A stretch of 37,012 nt of DNA, from positions 1 to 37,012 of IMG/VR virus record IMGVR_UViG_3300044266_000304. One strand, given 5' to 3'. Below are positions 25,521-34,769 of this stretch, piece after piece. Both the position numbers and the translations under genes were made by a program. Below the pieces are notes generated by a model. The model had not been told where the DNA came from, searched no databases, and saw only the letters and a program-made list of their open reading frames with translations. Position 1 is the stretch's first letter. Every line of letters begins with the position of its first letter. This DNA comes from a virus (taxonomy: Duplodnaviria; Caudoviricetes).

Positions 25521-26114
25521 TTATTTCCTTACCTCGGGTGCAGCCTGAATTGGACTTGTTGTGCTTTCAGGACTGTCTGTGTTGAATTTTGCGGCACCTT
25601 CAGTAGGAATCTCTTCGCCGCGAGCTCTACGCTCTAGTTTTAGTAGATCGTTTAATTCCTTAACGAATCCACTGTTGTATTTGGTACCATAGACATCTTC
25701 AAAGTTTGCGTTGGGTGCTTCTTTGTAGTCGGCATCATTTAACAATGCGCCTTCTCTTTTTGGTTCTGTATTTTGATATTCTTCGCTAGGCTCGCCCGGG
25801 CGACGAACGACTAACCGCTGTTTGCTTACTTCTAATCCAGACGATAGATATTCAGTTAGTTCTTGCTGTGTAGTTGGGTAATCGACACTTACTTCATAGA
25901 TGTTAACCTCGCAGTTTTTAACCTGCGGAAAGTCTAACGGAAGTGCTTGAATAGGTGTTACACCTACTTTTTTAAATGCGTTTACCTGAAAACGCTCAAG
26001 CATTGCCTTTAGCTTTGCTTCTTGTTCACTATTGAAATTGCCTGCAACTTTAACACGAAAATCGTATTTTTTTTGCAAAGCACTTTCTTGAAGGTATTCT
26101 TTGAAGTTTTTCAT
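25521..26114 (-). CDS. Probable internal head protein with capsid-targeting-like N-terminus
   Basis: N-terminus MKNFKEYLQE resembles the T4 internal-protein CTS MKTYQEFIAE. AATAAATA lies 7 nt upstream. Confidence 0.6.
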   Translation of the reverse strand: MKNFKEYLQESALQKKYDFRVKVAGNFNSEQEAKLKAMLERFQVNAFKKVGVTPIQALPLDFPQVKNCEVNIYEVSVDYPTTQQELTEYLSSGLEVSKQRLVVRRPGEPSEEYQNTEPKREGALLNDADYKEAPNANFEDVYGTKYNSGFVKELNDLLKLERRARGEEIPTEGAAKFNTDSPESTTSPIQAAPEVRK

Positions 26115-26143
26115 AGTATATTATTTATTCAAATGACAGTGTT

Positions 26144-26884
26144 TTACCACTCTCTTCCTTTGGCAATGTAGTCTTCGTATTTAGCCTGTTCTGCTACTAA
26201 TAAATCTTGCCATTTTCCCTGGGGGTAACGACCGGTCATCCTAGGCCATCCTTGATTTTTATAGAACTCTTTTAGATTTTCTACATAATTGTGAAATACT
26301 ACGGCATCAAACGCTTTCTTATCTTCTTTACATACAATATCCATAACCAGATGATATCGTATAGTTTTGCCCTTGTTAATTGTTCCATGAGGAATAAAGG
26401 GATTCGAGTCGTAGATTGTATTTTCTTCTAAAGTTATTAACTTACGCTCGTTATCGATATAAGAGACCCAATAGCATTCTTCATTAACTGCCACTGGAAT
26501 AATAAGTCTGTGACTAAATCTAAATTTATTTTCGTAACCGTCTGTATGTTCGCCAACATTTGCATTTGGTTTTAATCTGATTATAGAGGATGTTACGATT
26601 TTACAGTCAAACTTTTTTTCTATGTTTTCGTGTATGTTTTTCATGGTATCTACAAGTTCAGGAAACTCTGAAAAACTTTCGTATCTATTCATTGTATGAA
26701 ATATGTAATCTTCTGTAAAAGGTGAAACTACAAACCATAGGCTTGGCGCCGATGCCCATACAAATGGAGAAAACATTGGGCGCTGATCCCATGCCCAGTG
26801 TTTCTCATCTACATCGCCTATTAAATTTTTTAGAGCAGATACATCTATCTTACCTAACTCTTGTAAGGTTCCGTATATAAACAT
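26144..26884 (-). CDS. Aspartyl/asparaginyl beta-hydroxylase-like 2OG-Fe(II) oxygenase
   Basis: RLKPNANVGEHTD (HxD), HRLIIP and PHGTINKGKTIRYHLVMD. Confidence 0.8.
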   Translation of the reverse strand: MFIYGTLQELGKIDVSALKNLIGDVDEKHWAWDQRPMFSPFVWASAPSLWFVVSPFTEDYIFHTMNRYESFSEFPELVDTMKNIHENIEKKFDCKIVTSSIIRLKPNANVGEHTDGYENKFRFSHRLIIPVAVNEECYWVSYIDNERKLITLEENTIYDSNPFIPHGTINKGKTIRYHLVMDIVCKEDKKAFDAVVFHNYVENLKEFYKNQGWPRMTGRYPQGKWQDLLVAEQAKYEDYIAKGREW

Positions 26885-26885
26885 C

Positions 26886-27362
26886 TTACTTGTTTAAATT
26901 TTTTAATTTTTCTAAGATACTATTACGATCGGTTAATATGTAACCTTCGCCTTCGACTGTGTCAGTGTTGCCGCCATTCTTTTTATCTATAGCTAACTTT
27001 TTTAACTGTAAATCGACCATTTTTAACTTTTTATCAATTTTATTTGTTTTTGCAACAATGGCTGCGTTCATCATCTGTGCCGCTACTTCAAACATACGGG
27101 CGCCGTATCTTGCATCTACATTCATACCTAGATCCATTAGATCGTCGTAGGCTTGTTCTGCTTTGCTGGCCAGAGCATCTAACTCACTGTCGGCCATATC
27201 ACCTAACCCGTTTACCTTGGGCAAGGCGGCAGCAATTTTATCAAATTCTTCTAATTTTTCTTGTAGGTTGATTACAGGTTGCTGTGCTACATTATCTGCA
27301 GGGATTGGTTCCACAACTTCGTCGTGTGGTAGATTAAAAACTTCTTCTAATTTTTTAGTCAT
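26886..27362 (-). CDS. Probable terminase small subunit (gp16-like)
   Basis: Helical 158-aa protein with ARMFEVAAQMM, like the gp16 PRAFEV motif. Near gp17 and gp4. Confidence 0.6.
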   Translation of the reverse strand: MTKKLEEVFNLPHDEVVEPIPADNVAQQPVINLQEKLEEFDKIAAALPKVNGLGDMADSELDALASKAEQAYDDLMDLGMNVDARYGARMFEVAAQMMNAAIVAKTNKIDKKLKMVDLQLKKLAIDKKNGGNTDTVEGEGYILTDRNSILEKLKNLNK

Positions 27363-27370
27363 AATGTTAC

Positions 27371-27814
27371 TTATCGCTTTTTACCTGGATTATGGAAAAT
27401 ATCATTCTCGTTTATTACACGAAATTTGATGCCGCGCTGTCTACACCATGCTGTTGCCGCCTCCCACTTGGCCATGTTTTTTACAAACTGGGCTTGATCG
27501 TAGGGATTTTTACCAACCTTCTCTAATATTTGTTGTTTAGCAGGTTTAATTTCAACAATTTCTACATGCGCCTTTTGATTGCGATCTATATACTTGATTA
27601 AAAAGTCAGGAACATAAACTGTCTGCTTGCCGGTTAGAGGATCTCGATAAGGTATTTTTATTGGTTCACTAGCCCATTCTTGTATTCCGGGATTATTGTC
27701 ACAGAACATCATGAATGTATGTTCCCAACCACTACGGTAAACCGGTTGTTTTGTTCCTATGTATTTTTCAGGATTTTTAACTTTGTAAATATCCTTGGCA
27801 AATTTTAAACTCAT
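27371..27814 (-). CDS. Head completion nuclease (T4 gp4-like, TnsA-type PD-(D/E)xK)
   Basis: KNPEKY.G, YRSGWE, WASE, YVPDF, VEIKP and KWEAA. Confidence 0.88.
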   Translation of the reverse strand: MSLKFAKDIYKVKNPEKYIGTKQPVYRSGWEHTFMMFCDNNPGIQEWASEPIKIPYRDPLTGKQTVYVPDFLIKYIDRNQKAHVEIVEIKPAKQQILEKVGKNPYDQAQFVKNMAKWEAATAWCRQRGIKFRVINENDIFHNPGKKR

Positions 27815-28167
27815 GCTACAATGTTTCTTGCTATTGGTTCAAATGCTGTATTTTTTGAAGTAGTTCCTAGGTAACTTGTTTTGTATCTGTTGTAATTTAA
27901 AATTTCGTTAACCACGCCAGATAGTTTAAAACTATCCATGGTCTTTAATGTACCTAGTACCTCCATTGGATTATATCCATCAGTTGATGCTTGTTTAATA
28001 AATGTTGTGGCCAACATTTCAGCAGATACTTTATCAAATCCCTTACCTTCAAAAAATCCCTTCATTAAGTTGAAAGTATTTGTTTCTAGCGCCAGTGGTT
28101 TTTCGTATGCGTTAGAATATGCTACAGCAGCCGGGGCAGAACTATTACTTGGTAAATTATTATACAT
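27811..28167 (-). CDS. Hypothetical protein in the tail/baseplate operon
   Basis: 118-aa ORF tightly coupled to its neighbours. Confidence 0.7.
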   Translation of the reverse strand: MYNNLPSNSSAPAAVAYSNAYEKPLALETNTFNLMKGFFEGKGFDKVSAEMLATTFIKQASTDGYNPMEVLGTLKTMDSFKLSGVVNEILNYNRYKTSYLGTTSKNTAFEPIARNIVA

Positions 28168-28168
28168 T

Positions 28169-29203
28169 TTATCTCTTTAGTACAAGTCTAATAGGACCCG
28201 CATTTACTATGGCTCTAGTATGCAATCCTCCGTATCCGTACCACACATCGACACTGCCGAGTCCAAAGCTAGGCGGACGAAACGAAGTTAGTCCCCAGGT
28301 GCCTGCACCTATGGGTCTTGGCGGGCGTACCACAGGAAGTTGCGTACTCATTTTATCCATTTGACTTGAAGATAGTCCTACAGGTTGAGGAGTAGGATAT
28401 GTTGGAATAACAGTTGAAATTTTTATATCAGCAGGAGGTGCATAACCGTTTGGAAGATTAGTATCTGTATCATACCAGTCTGCGGCAAACGCTAGTTCTG
28501 CTTTTTCTGACTGTGTAATTATGCCTTGATAATAGGCAACACTATCATAGACTATTGTCATTTTATTCTGAAGAACTTTTGTACCCGCACTTTGATCTAG
28601 AGAGTCGTGATCCCATTGACTAATAATAGGATTTGAAATACTGTACTGACTAAAATTTCCTTGATGTAACACATAGATATTAATAGCCTTAAAGAACTGT
28701 TTATTCTTTTCAGGAGCAGGTGCATAGCCGTAAGAAGTTGCAGATTGATACTTTGTATCGCCATCGAATTCTTTATTAAAGTTGCCTGCATTATTATATC
28801 TCGAATCGGCATAATAATAAGTCATATAATTACGCCAGAGACTACTGGTTATTTCGCTATTATCATCGTGAAAGTCAATTGTGATAGGATCATAGGTTAA
28901 CTTTGTCTGAATGTTAGCTTTCCTGTTGTATTGATTAACTGTTTGTGTAGCAACCTTAAATTTTGGCAGATCAACTTTCTTTGCTAAAAATCCTAAGTCA
29001 TTTCTTACCTCTGGTGAAATAGAAACATTAACTTGATCAGCAAAAACAAAATCAACAAAATAAATGAATCCAAGTTTTGGCAACCTGGTCATTCTATTAC
29101 CGTCTTGGTATAGACCAGTTGCGTGTGCATAACTCTTATAAGTTCGCTTAACGCCGTTTATAGCAGGTGCACCGGATAGAAAATTTTGAAAAGGATTGCT
29201 CAT
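28169..29203 (-). CDS. Tail-tube-like baseplate protein (gp54/gp48-type tube initiator)
   Basis: KKVDLPKF...NQYNRK...YDPITIDFHDD...W parallels the adjacent tube protein. CATAAATA lies 5 nt upstream. Confidence 0.65.
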   Translation of the reverse strand: MSNPFQNFLSGAPAINGVKRTYKSYAHATGLYQDGNRMTRLPKLGFIYFVDFVFADQVNVSISPEVRNDLGFLAKKVDLPKFKVATQTVNQYNRKANIQTKLTYDPITIDFHDDNSEITSSLWRNYMTYYYADSRYNNAGNFNKEFDGDTKYQSATSYGYAPAPEKNKQFFKAINIYVLHQGNFSQYSISNPIISQWDHDSLDQSAGTKVLQNKMTIVYDSVAYYQGIITQSEKAELAFAADWYDTDTNLPNGYAPPADIKISTVIPTYPTPQPVGLSSSQMDKMSTQLPVVRPPRPIGAGTWGLTSFRPPSFGLGSVDVWYGYGGLHTRAIVNAGPIRLVLKR

Positions 29204-29220
29204 AGCATTATTTATGTCAT

Positions 29221-29247
29221 AAAAAAGCCCGGTATAAAACCGGGCTT
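29221..29247 (-). terminator. Rho-independent terminator after the tail tube gene
   Basis: AAGCCCGGT-TTTAT-ACCGGGCTTTTTT on the minus strand. Confidence 0.88.
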
Positions 29248-29264
29248 CTCCGTGCTAGTGTATG

Positions 29265-29903
29265 TTAACTACCGATGGCTGTTGTACCTACAGTTCTACC
29301 AACTGGAGTACCTAGGCCGATTAATCCACCGTTGATACCGACTGTTTGGATTGCGTTATCGTAACATAGTGTAAGTTCAATATTCATTGACTCGTTACTC
29401 TTACTATAATCGCCACCATCATAACTTACGGCCTTGATCCAGCAACCTTGTAGTTCAAATGTTTCTAATGGAACAGGAGCGTAGCCACCGTTACCACCGT
29501 CTAACAATTCAATATAGGTTGTGAATTTATAATCTAAACCAGAGGCAGCACTTGCTTGTTCGAAGAAATCGAACTGCTTCTGCATTTGCTCTCCGACCTT
29601 GTTTGTTACAAGGTTGGTCATATCATCACGTAGCTTTAGCTTAATATCTTCCCACTTTGGTTTACCAGCTAGTTTTACAATGCTGTTATAAACATGTAGG
29701 TCAATTTGTTCAAAACTTGGCTTCGGGCGATCTACTGTAACGACCTGTTTTGTCAGTTCGGTTGCAGGAGCGCCGCCTACACCAAAGTCGACTAGCGTAA
29801 CGCGGAAGCGATACGGTAGTTTTGGCATTAGCAAGCCTTGGTTGCTTGCACTTTGATCTGTAGCTAGTGGTACAGAAAATCTTGATAAACTTGCGATTGG
29901 CAT
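29265..29903 (-). CDS. 19: Tail tube protein (gp19-like)
   Basis: YRFRV, KLAGKPKWEDI.L.LRDD, ELQGCWI and LTLCYD. Directly after the sheath gene, with a strong AAGGAG SD. Confidence 0.85.
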   Translation of the reverse strand: MPIASLSRFSVPLATDQSASNQGLLMPKLPYRFRVTLVDFGVGGAPATELTKQVVTVDRPKPSFEQIDLHVYNSIVKLAGKPKWEDIKLKLRDDMTNLVTNKVGEQMQKQFDFFEQASAASGLDYKFTTYIELLDGGNGGYAPVPLETFELQGCWIKAVSYDGGDYSKSNESMNIELTLCYDNAIQTVGINGGLIGLGTPVGRTVGTTAIGS

Positions 29904-29913
29904 TTAATGCTCC

Positions 29914-32853
29914 TTATTTGTTCATGGCTGCAATAGCGCCAGTGTTCATTATGCGTAAAGGAATGTAGATAAACTCTACAGCCTTCACTGGTTCGATTGC
30001 AATATCAACCCATAGTTCACTGCGATCAATCCTTGCAGGAGTGTTGTTTGTGCTATCGCAAACAGTTAAGAAGTCGTACAGAGCTCTTTGACTTACTAAT
30101 TCACTTAGTAATGCGTCAACTGCACTCTTAACTTCGTGGCGTGTTTGTGCATCATTTGGTTCAAACAAGAACGGTTTGACTAATATTGCAAGCTGGTATC
30201 GTAGATGCGCTACCAGTCTGCTAACATTGATACGATCTAATGCACTGGCTACATGAGCACGAGTATATTGACCCATGTTAACTATACCTACGCCCGGTAG
30301 TGTTGCAATTGGGTTAATCTTAACACCGGCTAACACATCGCGTAGACCTTGGTGTAGGCTAGCTGTTTTAAACTCGCCTGTTACGCCATCAACATAACCA
30401 ACAGAACTAACGTTATCAACTACACCGCGTCGTGTTCCTGCTGGAGCAAACCATGGGTAGCTCTTATTGTCACTATTCAAGATTGTGCGTAGCATTGCAT
30501 GACTTGGTGGAACAACAATTGCGTTACCTAAGTTATCATTTGTATAACCGCTTGGGTAGAACATTGCTAGACCGGTATCATATGTAACTGCGGCAGTGTC
30601 ATTGTTGTCTACTGCTGTTGCAGTATTCATACCGTAGTTAGTTAATGCTGTACCATTTGCAGGTAGACGGAAAGGAGTGTCACCTAAGACAATGGCTGTT
30701 AGGCCTCGGTCTGTGTTAAACTCAACCATGTTCTGCATAAGTTCAGGATATCCTGGGCAAGTAATTAAATTGAACACTAGGGTATCTGTATCGCGAATAG
30801 CTGTGTTTGCTGTTACTAGTCCTTTTAGAGCATGAACAACTACACTGCGTTGCGCTAAACGACCAAACTGGCCTGCACCATCGTCGGCGTTAGGACTTGC
30901 TGTTACCCAACGGCCTGGCATGTAATCAACCATGCTTTCGTTGTTATAACGAGCATTTTCACTTAATGTGTCAATATAGTTTGCGTGGAATTTTTTAACA
31001 TTATTACCGCTACGACGTGTATTGAATAATCTTGTTCCACGAGGATATAGACGAGGATTTGGACAATCAGGATCTACATAATCGCTGGCTAGAAGATTTG
31101 CAATATCTGCTTTCATATCGTCGGCACCGGTTAGGCCCCAACGAGCATCAGCAAATACCCAACCATCGGGACTTGTGCTATCGGTAACATCAACTAGGTT
31201 AAACTGGTTTCCGTCATAGACATAGATGTTACGACCGTACTGATCTGGATTACTTGTATCGATCCAGATATCACCGTTTGCTAGGGCAGTAGCACCATCT
31301 TGTTGTGTAGTTGGTTTGCTTGCACTGATTGTAGGACCTAATGGATCTGTACTAGGAAATGCTGTTAGGTAACCTACCCAGCTTGTTCCGTTGTTGTACA
31401 TGATGTCTGCATCTAGATTATTATCAAACCATAGTTGACCGTCATCTGGCGATGTTGTAGGAGCAGTTGCAAGTGCTTCAAATACTAAAGGTTTCCAGTT
31501 AGATGCAACATAGTCGTAGCTACTACCTGCTGGTGCCATATATAAGTTTGCAACAGCATCGCCGACAAGTCCAATGTCAATCATTGGTTGATTTTGTGTT
31601 TGTTCAAACTCAATTTCACCGCCTAGCTCATGAGTAATAGTTAGTCTGTTCAGACTAGGTTCCCATGTAGCTTTGGTATACTCTAAATTAGCTTGAGCAC
31701 TAATTTGTTCAGCAATCATTTGTCCTAGCGGAACAGATGATGCACTGCCATTAATGCTTACTGGGCTACTCCAGCTTCCGCCACTGTCTGTTTCTCTAAT
31801 GTTAATTGCCCAGTTTTGGTTATAAGCACCTGAATTAGAAATAGTAATTGTTGTTGGACTAGACTTATAACGGATATACGCCTTGAATCCTGCGCTATTT
31901 TGTTGTTCTGTATCGTAGACAACTGCTAAAGAACCAGGTTCAATGCTTCTTCCGCCTGTTGCGCCGTCAAGTTCGCTAATTGCTTCTTGTGTGCTAGAAA
32001 ATAAAGGAGCACTTACACGGTTCCAACTATCTGCAGATGAACTGTAAACTCGGAAGTCCCAATCTGCACCTTTGCCAGGAGTTGTTGTTTTAATCCAAAC
32101 ACTACCTGTAGCAGCATTTAATCCTAGACTTGTGTAGTCAGGATACTCATAATGCGGACTTAGACGAACTTTTTTGCCGCCGTCAAAGTTGTCATTGACT
32201 CTTACCCATCCTAGGCTAGCAGACTTATAATATACACCCTGCCATCCGTTTGCGTTGTTGTCGCTGGTAACTACAACTAGGTAATCACCTACGTGACCGT
32301 GTTCTGTGTTTGGTAAGTTAGTATTTTGATTAAAGTCTGTATCAAAATTAGAATTATCAATGAGTAGAGGAGTCTTATTGGTAAATTTACCAGTACTTGC
32401 GTTCCATTCTTGTATTCCAAATGTGCTATCTGCTGTAACTAGCCAGTATGTACCGTTTACAGGCATGCCGCCGGGCGTTTCTGCGTTAGGTACTAGTTTG
32501 CTTGTATCAACATCTGCACGAACAACATAGGCCTTTGAACTTACGCCTAGTGCGCTGTATGCAGCCTGTAGGCCGTATTCGTTTAGTTCGCCGCCGTGTA
32601 CAGGATTGCCTTCTGCATCTGTCTCAAAGTACGGTACACCAAATGTATCTGATAGATCTCGTTGGCTTGTAATTACCCAAACTTTGCCTGCATTTGCGGC
32701 TGTTGTTCCTTGTGCTGTTCCTGTGCCTGATCCGTTTGCTTTATCTTGGCCTGTAGCCACAAAGATCATCGGAACTGTTCCAGCGCCAGCAGGAGTATAG
32801 AAACTCTCGTCTATTACTGATATGCTTACGCCTGGTGATTGTAAAGTTGCCAT
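29914..32853 (-). CDS. 18: Contractile tail sheath protein (gp18-like), enlarged
   Basis: SPGVSISVIDES N-terminus. C-terminal PWFAPAG.RRG, INPI, LDRINV.RL, FEPND, CD.TNNTP and IEPVKAVEFIYI. Confidence 0.95.
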   Translation of the reverse strand: MATLQSPGVSISVIDESFYTPAGAGTVPMIFVATGQDKANGSGTGTAQGTTAANAGKVWVITSQRDLSDTFGVPYFETDAEGNPVHGGELNEYGLQAAYSALGVSSKAYVVRADVDTSKLVPNAETPGGMPVNGTYWLVTADSTFGIQEWNASTGKFTNKTPLLIDNSNFDTDFNQNTNLPNTEHGHVGDYLVVVTSDNNANGWQGVYYKSASLGWVRVNDNFDGGKKVRLSPHYEYPDYTSLGLNAATGSVWIKTTTPGKGADWDFRVYSSSADSWNRVSAPLFSSTQEAISELDGATGGRSIEPGSLAVVYDTEQQNSAGFKAYIRYKSSPTTITISNSGAYNQNWAINIRETDSGGSWSSPVSINGSASSVPLGQMIAEQISAQANLEYTKATWEPSLNRLTITHELGGEIEFEQTQNQPMIDIGLVGDAVANLYMAPAGSSYDYVASNWKPLVFEALATAPTTSPDDGQLWFDNNLDADIMYNNGTSWVGYLTAFPSTDPLGPTISASKPTTQQDGATALANGDIWIDTSNPDQYGRNIYVYDGNQFNLVDVTDSTSPDGWVFADARWGLTGADDMKADIANLLASDYVDPDCPNPRLYPRGTRLFNTRRSGNNVKKFHANYIDTLSENARYNNESMVDYMPGRWVTASPNADDGAGQFGRLAQRSVVVHALKGLVTANTAIRDTDTLVFNLITCPGYPELMQNMVEFNTDRGLTAIVLGDTPFRLPANGTALTNYGMNTATAVDNNDTAAVTYDTGLAMFYPSGYTNDNLGNAIVVPPSHAMLRTILNSDNKSYPWFAPAGTRRGVVDNVSSVGYVDGVTGEFKTASLHQGLRDVLAGVKINPIATLPGVGIVNMGQYTRAHVASALDRINVSRLVAHLRYQLAILVKPFLFEPNDAQTRHEVKSAVDALLSELVSQRALYDFLTVCDSTNNTPARIDRSELWVDIAIEPVKAVEFIYIPLRIMNTGAIAAMNK

Positions 32854-32884
32854 ATTTTAACTCCTTGGAGGATTCACTTTGATA

Positions 32885-32921
32885 TATTTAGCCGGAGGTG
32901 GTAAAAAATGCCGGTTAAATA
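32885..32921. promoter_or_regulatory. Back-to-back late promoters
   Basis: GCTAAATA on minus (32885-32892) toward the sheath gene and GTTAAATA on plus (32914-32921) toward the HNH-like gene. Confidence 0.6.
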
Positions 32922-32952
32922 CAAGGAGAAAAGGGCATAAAAAGGGCGGGTT

Positions 32953-33288
32953 TTGAGAAGATTGTGTAAAAAATGTAATAAGAGACCAGTAGCGGTTAAT
33001 TACCTTAAAGAAGGTAAGACTTATTATAGATCTGTTTGCGACCACTGTGCCAGAGACAGGCACGATGGCAATCCGTTATGGGCACTAAAAGGATACGCTA
33101 AAAAATCTGTTTGCGATAAGTGTGGTTACAAATCACAACATGCCGAAGTGTTCAATGTGTTTCACGTCGATGGAAATTTAACAAATTGTAGATATACAAA
33201 TCTAAAAACAGTTTGTGCTAACTGTCAGCGGACCTTGCAAAAGGATGGTGTCCGCTGGAAACAAGGAGATTTAAAACCTGATTTTTAA
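32953..33288 (+). CDS. Small Zn-binding HNH-like protein
   Basis: Four CxxC pairs and HVDGNLTN...NLKTVCANCQ. TTG start uncertain. Confidence 0.7.
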   Translation: MRRLCKKCNKRPVAVNYLKEGKTYYRSVCDHCARDRHDGNPLWALKGYAKKSVCDKCGYKSQHAEVFNVFHVDGNLTNCRYTNLKTVCANCQRTLQKDGVRWKQGDLKPDF

Positions 33289-33956
33289 ATTAGATCAAGT
33301 ACTACCTGCACCTCGGTAGATAGTTCTTGCGGTAGTAAATTTCTAATCTGTGTAAACAAGTCGTCTATTGTACTGTCGTTATTGACAATGTGATCAATAT
33401 CTCCACCAACCCATGCGGTTTCGCTGGCGTGTATACCTAGCTTTTTAATACGCTCAGAACTTAACATCCAACTCATGTTAGTCTTACCCGCGTTCATGTT
33501 AACAGCATCTTGATACCATTCAGGGTCAGGGCCTCGCTTGATACGAACAACAAGTCCGCCTGCGTTATGTATGGCCTTAATTTCGTTTGGAAATCTAACA
33601 TCGCTGATAACAATATTATCTGTGGTTTTACGCATTTTGTTTTCAACACTAGCAATCCAAATATCGTCGTGAAATCCTTTACGACATACTTCTGTGCCCC
33701 ACCGTTGTAGCACCCAACGAGGGGTTAGTTCAGGAATATCTAATCTGTCTGCCCACCATTGATCTACTTGTTCACGCCATTCCCTAGCTTCTTTAGTACG
33801 GCCTTCCAAGAGAACGCGGTCCCAACCAAATACGGCTGCAACCGCGTCTTTAAGTGTGTTAGCAAAACTGTCTCGTCTAAACCCGTGAAAATTAACCAAA
33901 TAGTCTGCGGCTGTATCTTTGCCGCTGCCAATAAATCCGACGAAACCAATAATCAT
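33285..33956 (-). CDS. Deoxynucleoside monophosphate kinase (T4 gp1-like)
   Basis: GFIGSGKDT, SFANTLKD, TPRWVLQRWGTE, ISDVRFPNE and HASE. Confidence 0.92.
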   Translation of the reverse strand: MIIGFVGFIGSGKDTAADYLVNFHGFRRDSFANTLKDAVAAVFGWDRVLLEGRTKEAREWREQVDQWWADRLDIPELTPRWVLQRWGTEVCRKGFHDDIWIASVENKMRKTTDNIVISDVRFPNEIKAIHNAGGLVVRIKRGPDPEWYQDAVNMNAGKTNMSWMLSSERIKKLGIHASETAWVGGDIDHIVNNDSTIDDLFTQIRNLLPQELSTEVQVVLDLI

Positions 33957-33978
33957 AGCATCTCCCTAGCGATACTAT

Positions 33979-34007
33979 AATTTATTATCTTTATGTTGTG
34001 ATGTCAA
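33979..34007 (-). promoter_or_regulatory. Sigma70-type promoter for dNMP kinase
   Basis: TTGACA-17 nt-TAAATT, followed by a GGGAG SD before ATG 33956. Confidence 0.7.
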
Positions 34008-34014
34008 CAATTTA

Positions 34015-34767
34015 TTAAGATTTTTTTCTAAAATGGACAACTTTTAAATCAGGGTCAGTTGGCGAGCTAGTCTCTGCTGCAGGGGAAAAATAATCCGGAT
34101 ACGGATCTGGAAACATATCAATAATATTCACCACTATGAATCCGCAATCTTCTGCAATCGGAGCTATGAGTTTATGAACGGGACTGTGTATTGTAATAAA
34201 AATATCAACATCGTCTGTGGTATAATTTCCAATGTTTTTAAAAAATTCTTTATGTGTTCTTAGGTCTGAATCCCACGTGGTTCTTGCATACAGCAAAAGA
34301 TGATCAGGCGACCAACTTATCAAAGGAGCATTTTTTACCATTACCGGGTCTGGGTCTATGGAATTAGGAGGATTTCCTACAACCAAGTCCCATTTTCTAT
34401 TTGCAGATATTCCTTCAATGGTAAAAGAAGTATGTGCATTTACACAATCTGCTAACCCTAGATCTTCGGCGTTTCTTAAACACCAAGCCGCTGATTTAGG
34501 GTGCATATCCGAGAACTCTAGGGTCTTACATATACCAGCAGTTATTAGTTCAAATCCGATTTCGCCGTGTCCAGCACACCATTCAAATGCATTTGTATAT
34601 TTTTTATTGCCTATTGCTTTTAAAAAATACTTTTTATGAACTTGTCCCCCACCTTGAAGCCATACTGGTACTGTAATAGTCTTTCCAGAAATTAAGGTAG
34701 TGCTTATAATCTTTAATACATCGTTAGGAAGACCTGCAAGGTCTTCGATCTTGCCATAAAAGTCCAT
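34015..34767 (-). CDS. Class I SAM-dependent methyltransferase (NPP motif, HemK/MTS-like)
   Basis: Motif I FEWCAGHGEIG, acidic motif II FSD and motif IV DLVVGNPPNS. Confidence 0.8.
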   Translation of the reverse strand: MDFYGKIEDLAGLPNDVLKIISTTLISGKTITVPVWLQGGGQVHKKYFLKAIGNKKYTNAFEWCAGHGEIGFELITAGICKTLEFSDMHPKSAAWCLRNAEDLGLADCVNAHTSFTIEGISANRKWDLVVGNPPNSIDPDPVMVKNAPLISWSPDHLLLYARTTWDSDLRTHKEFFKNIGNYTTDDVDIFITIHSPVHKLIAPIAEDCGFIVVNIIDMFPDPYPDYFSPAAETSSPTDPDLKVVHFRKKS

Positions 34768-34769
34768 AG

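Noticed and set aside
27371-27814. TnsA-like transposase or mobile element
   Set aside because: The motifs and head-gene context indicate gp4 head completion nuclease. No terminal repeats or other Tn7 genes are present.
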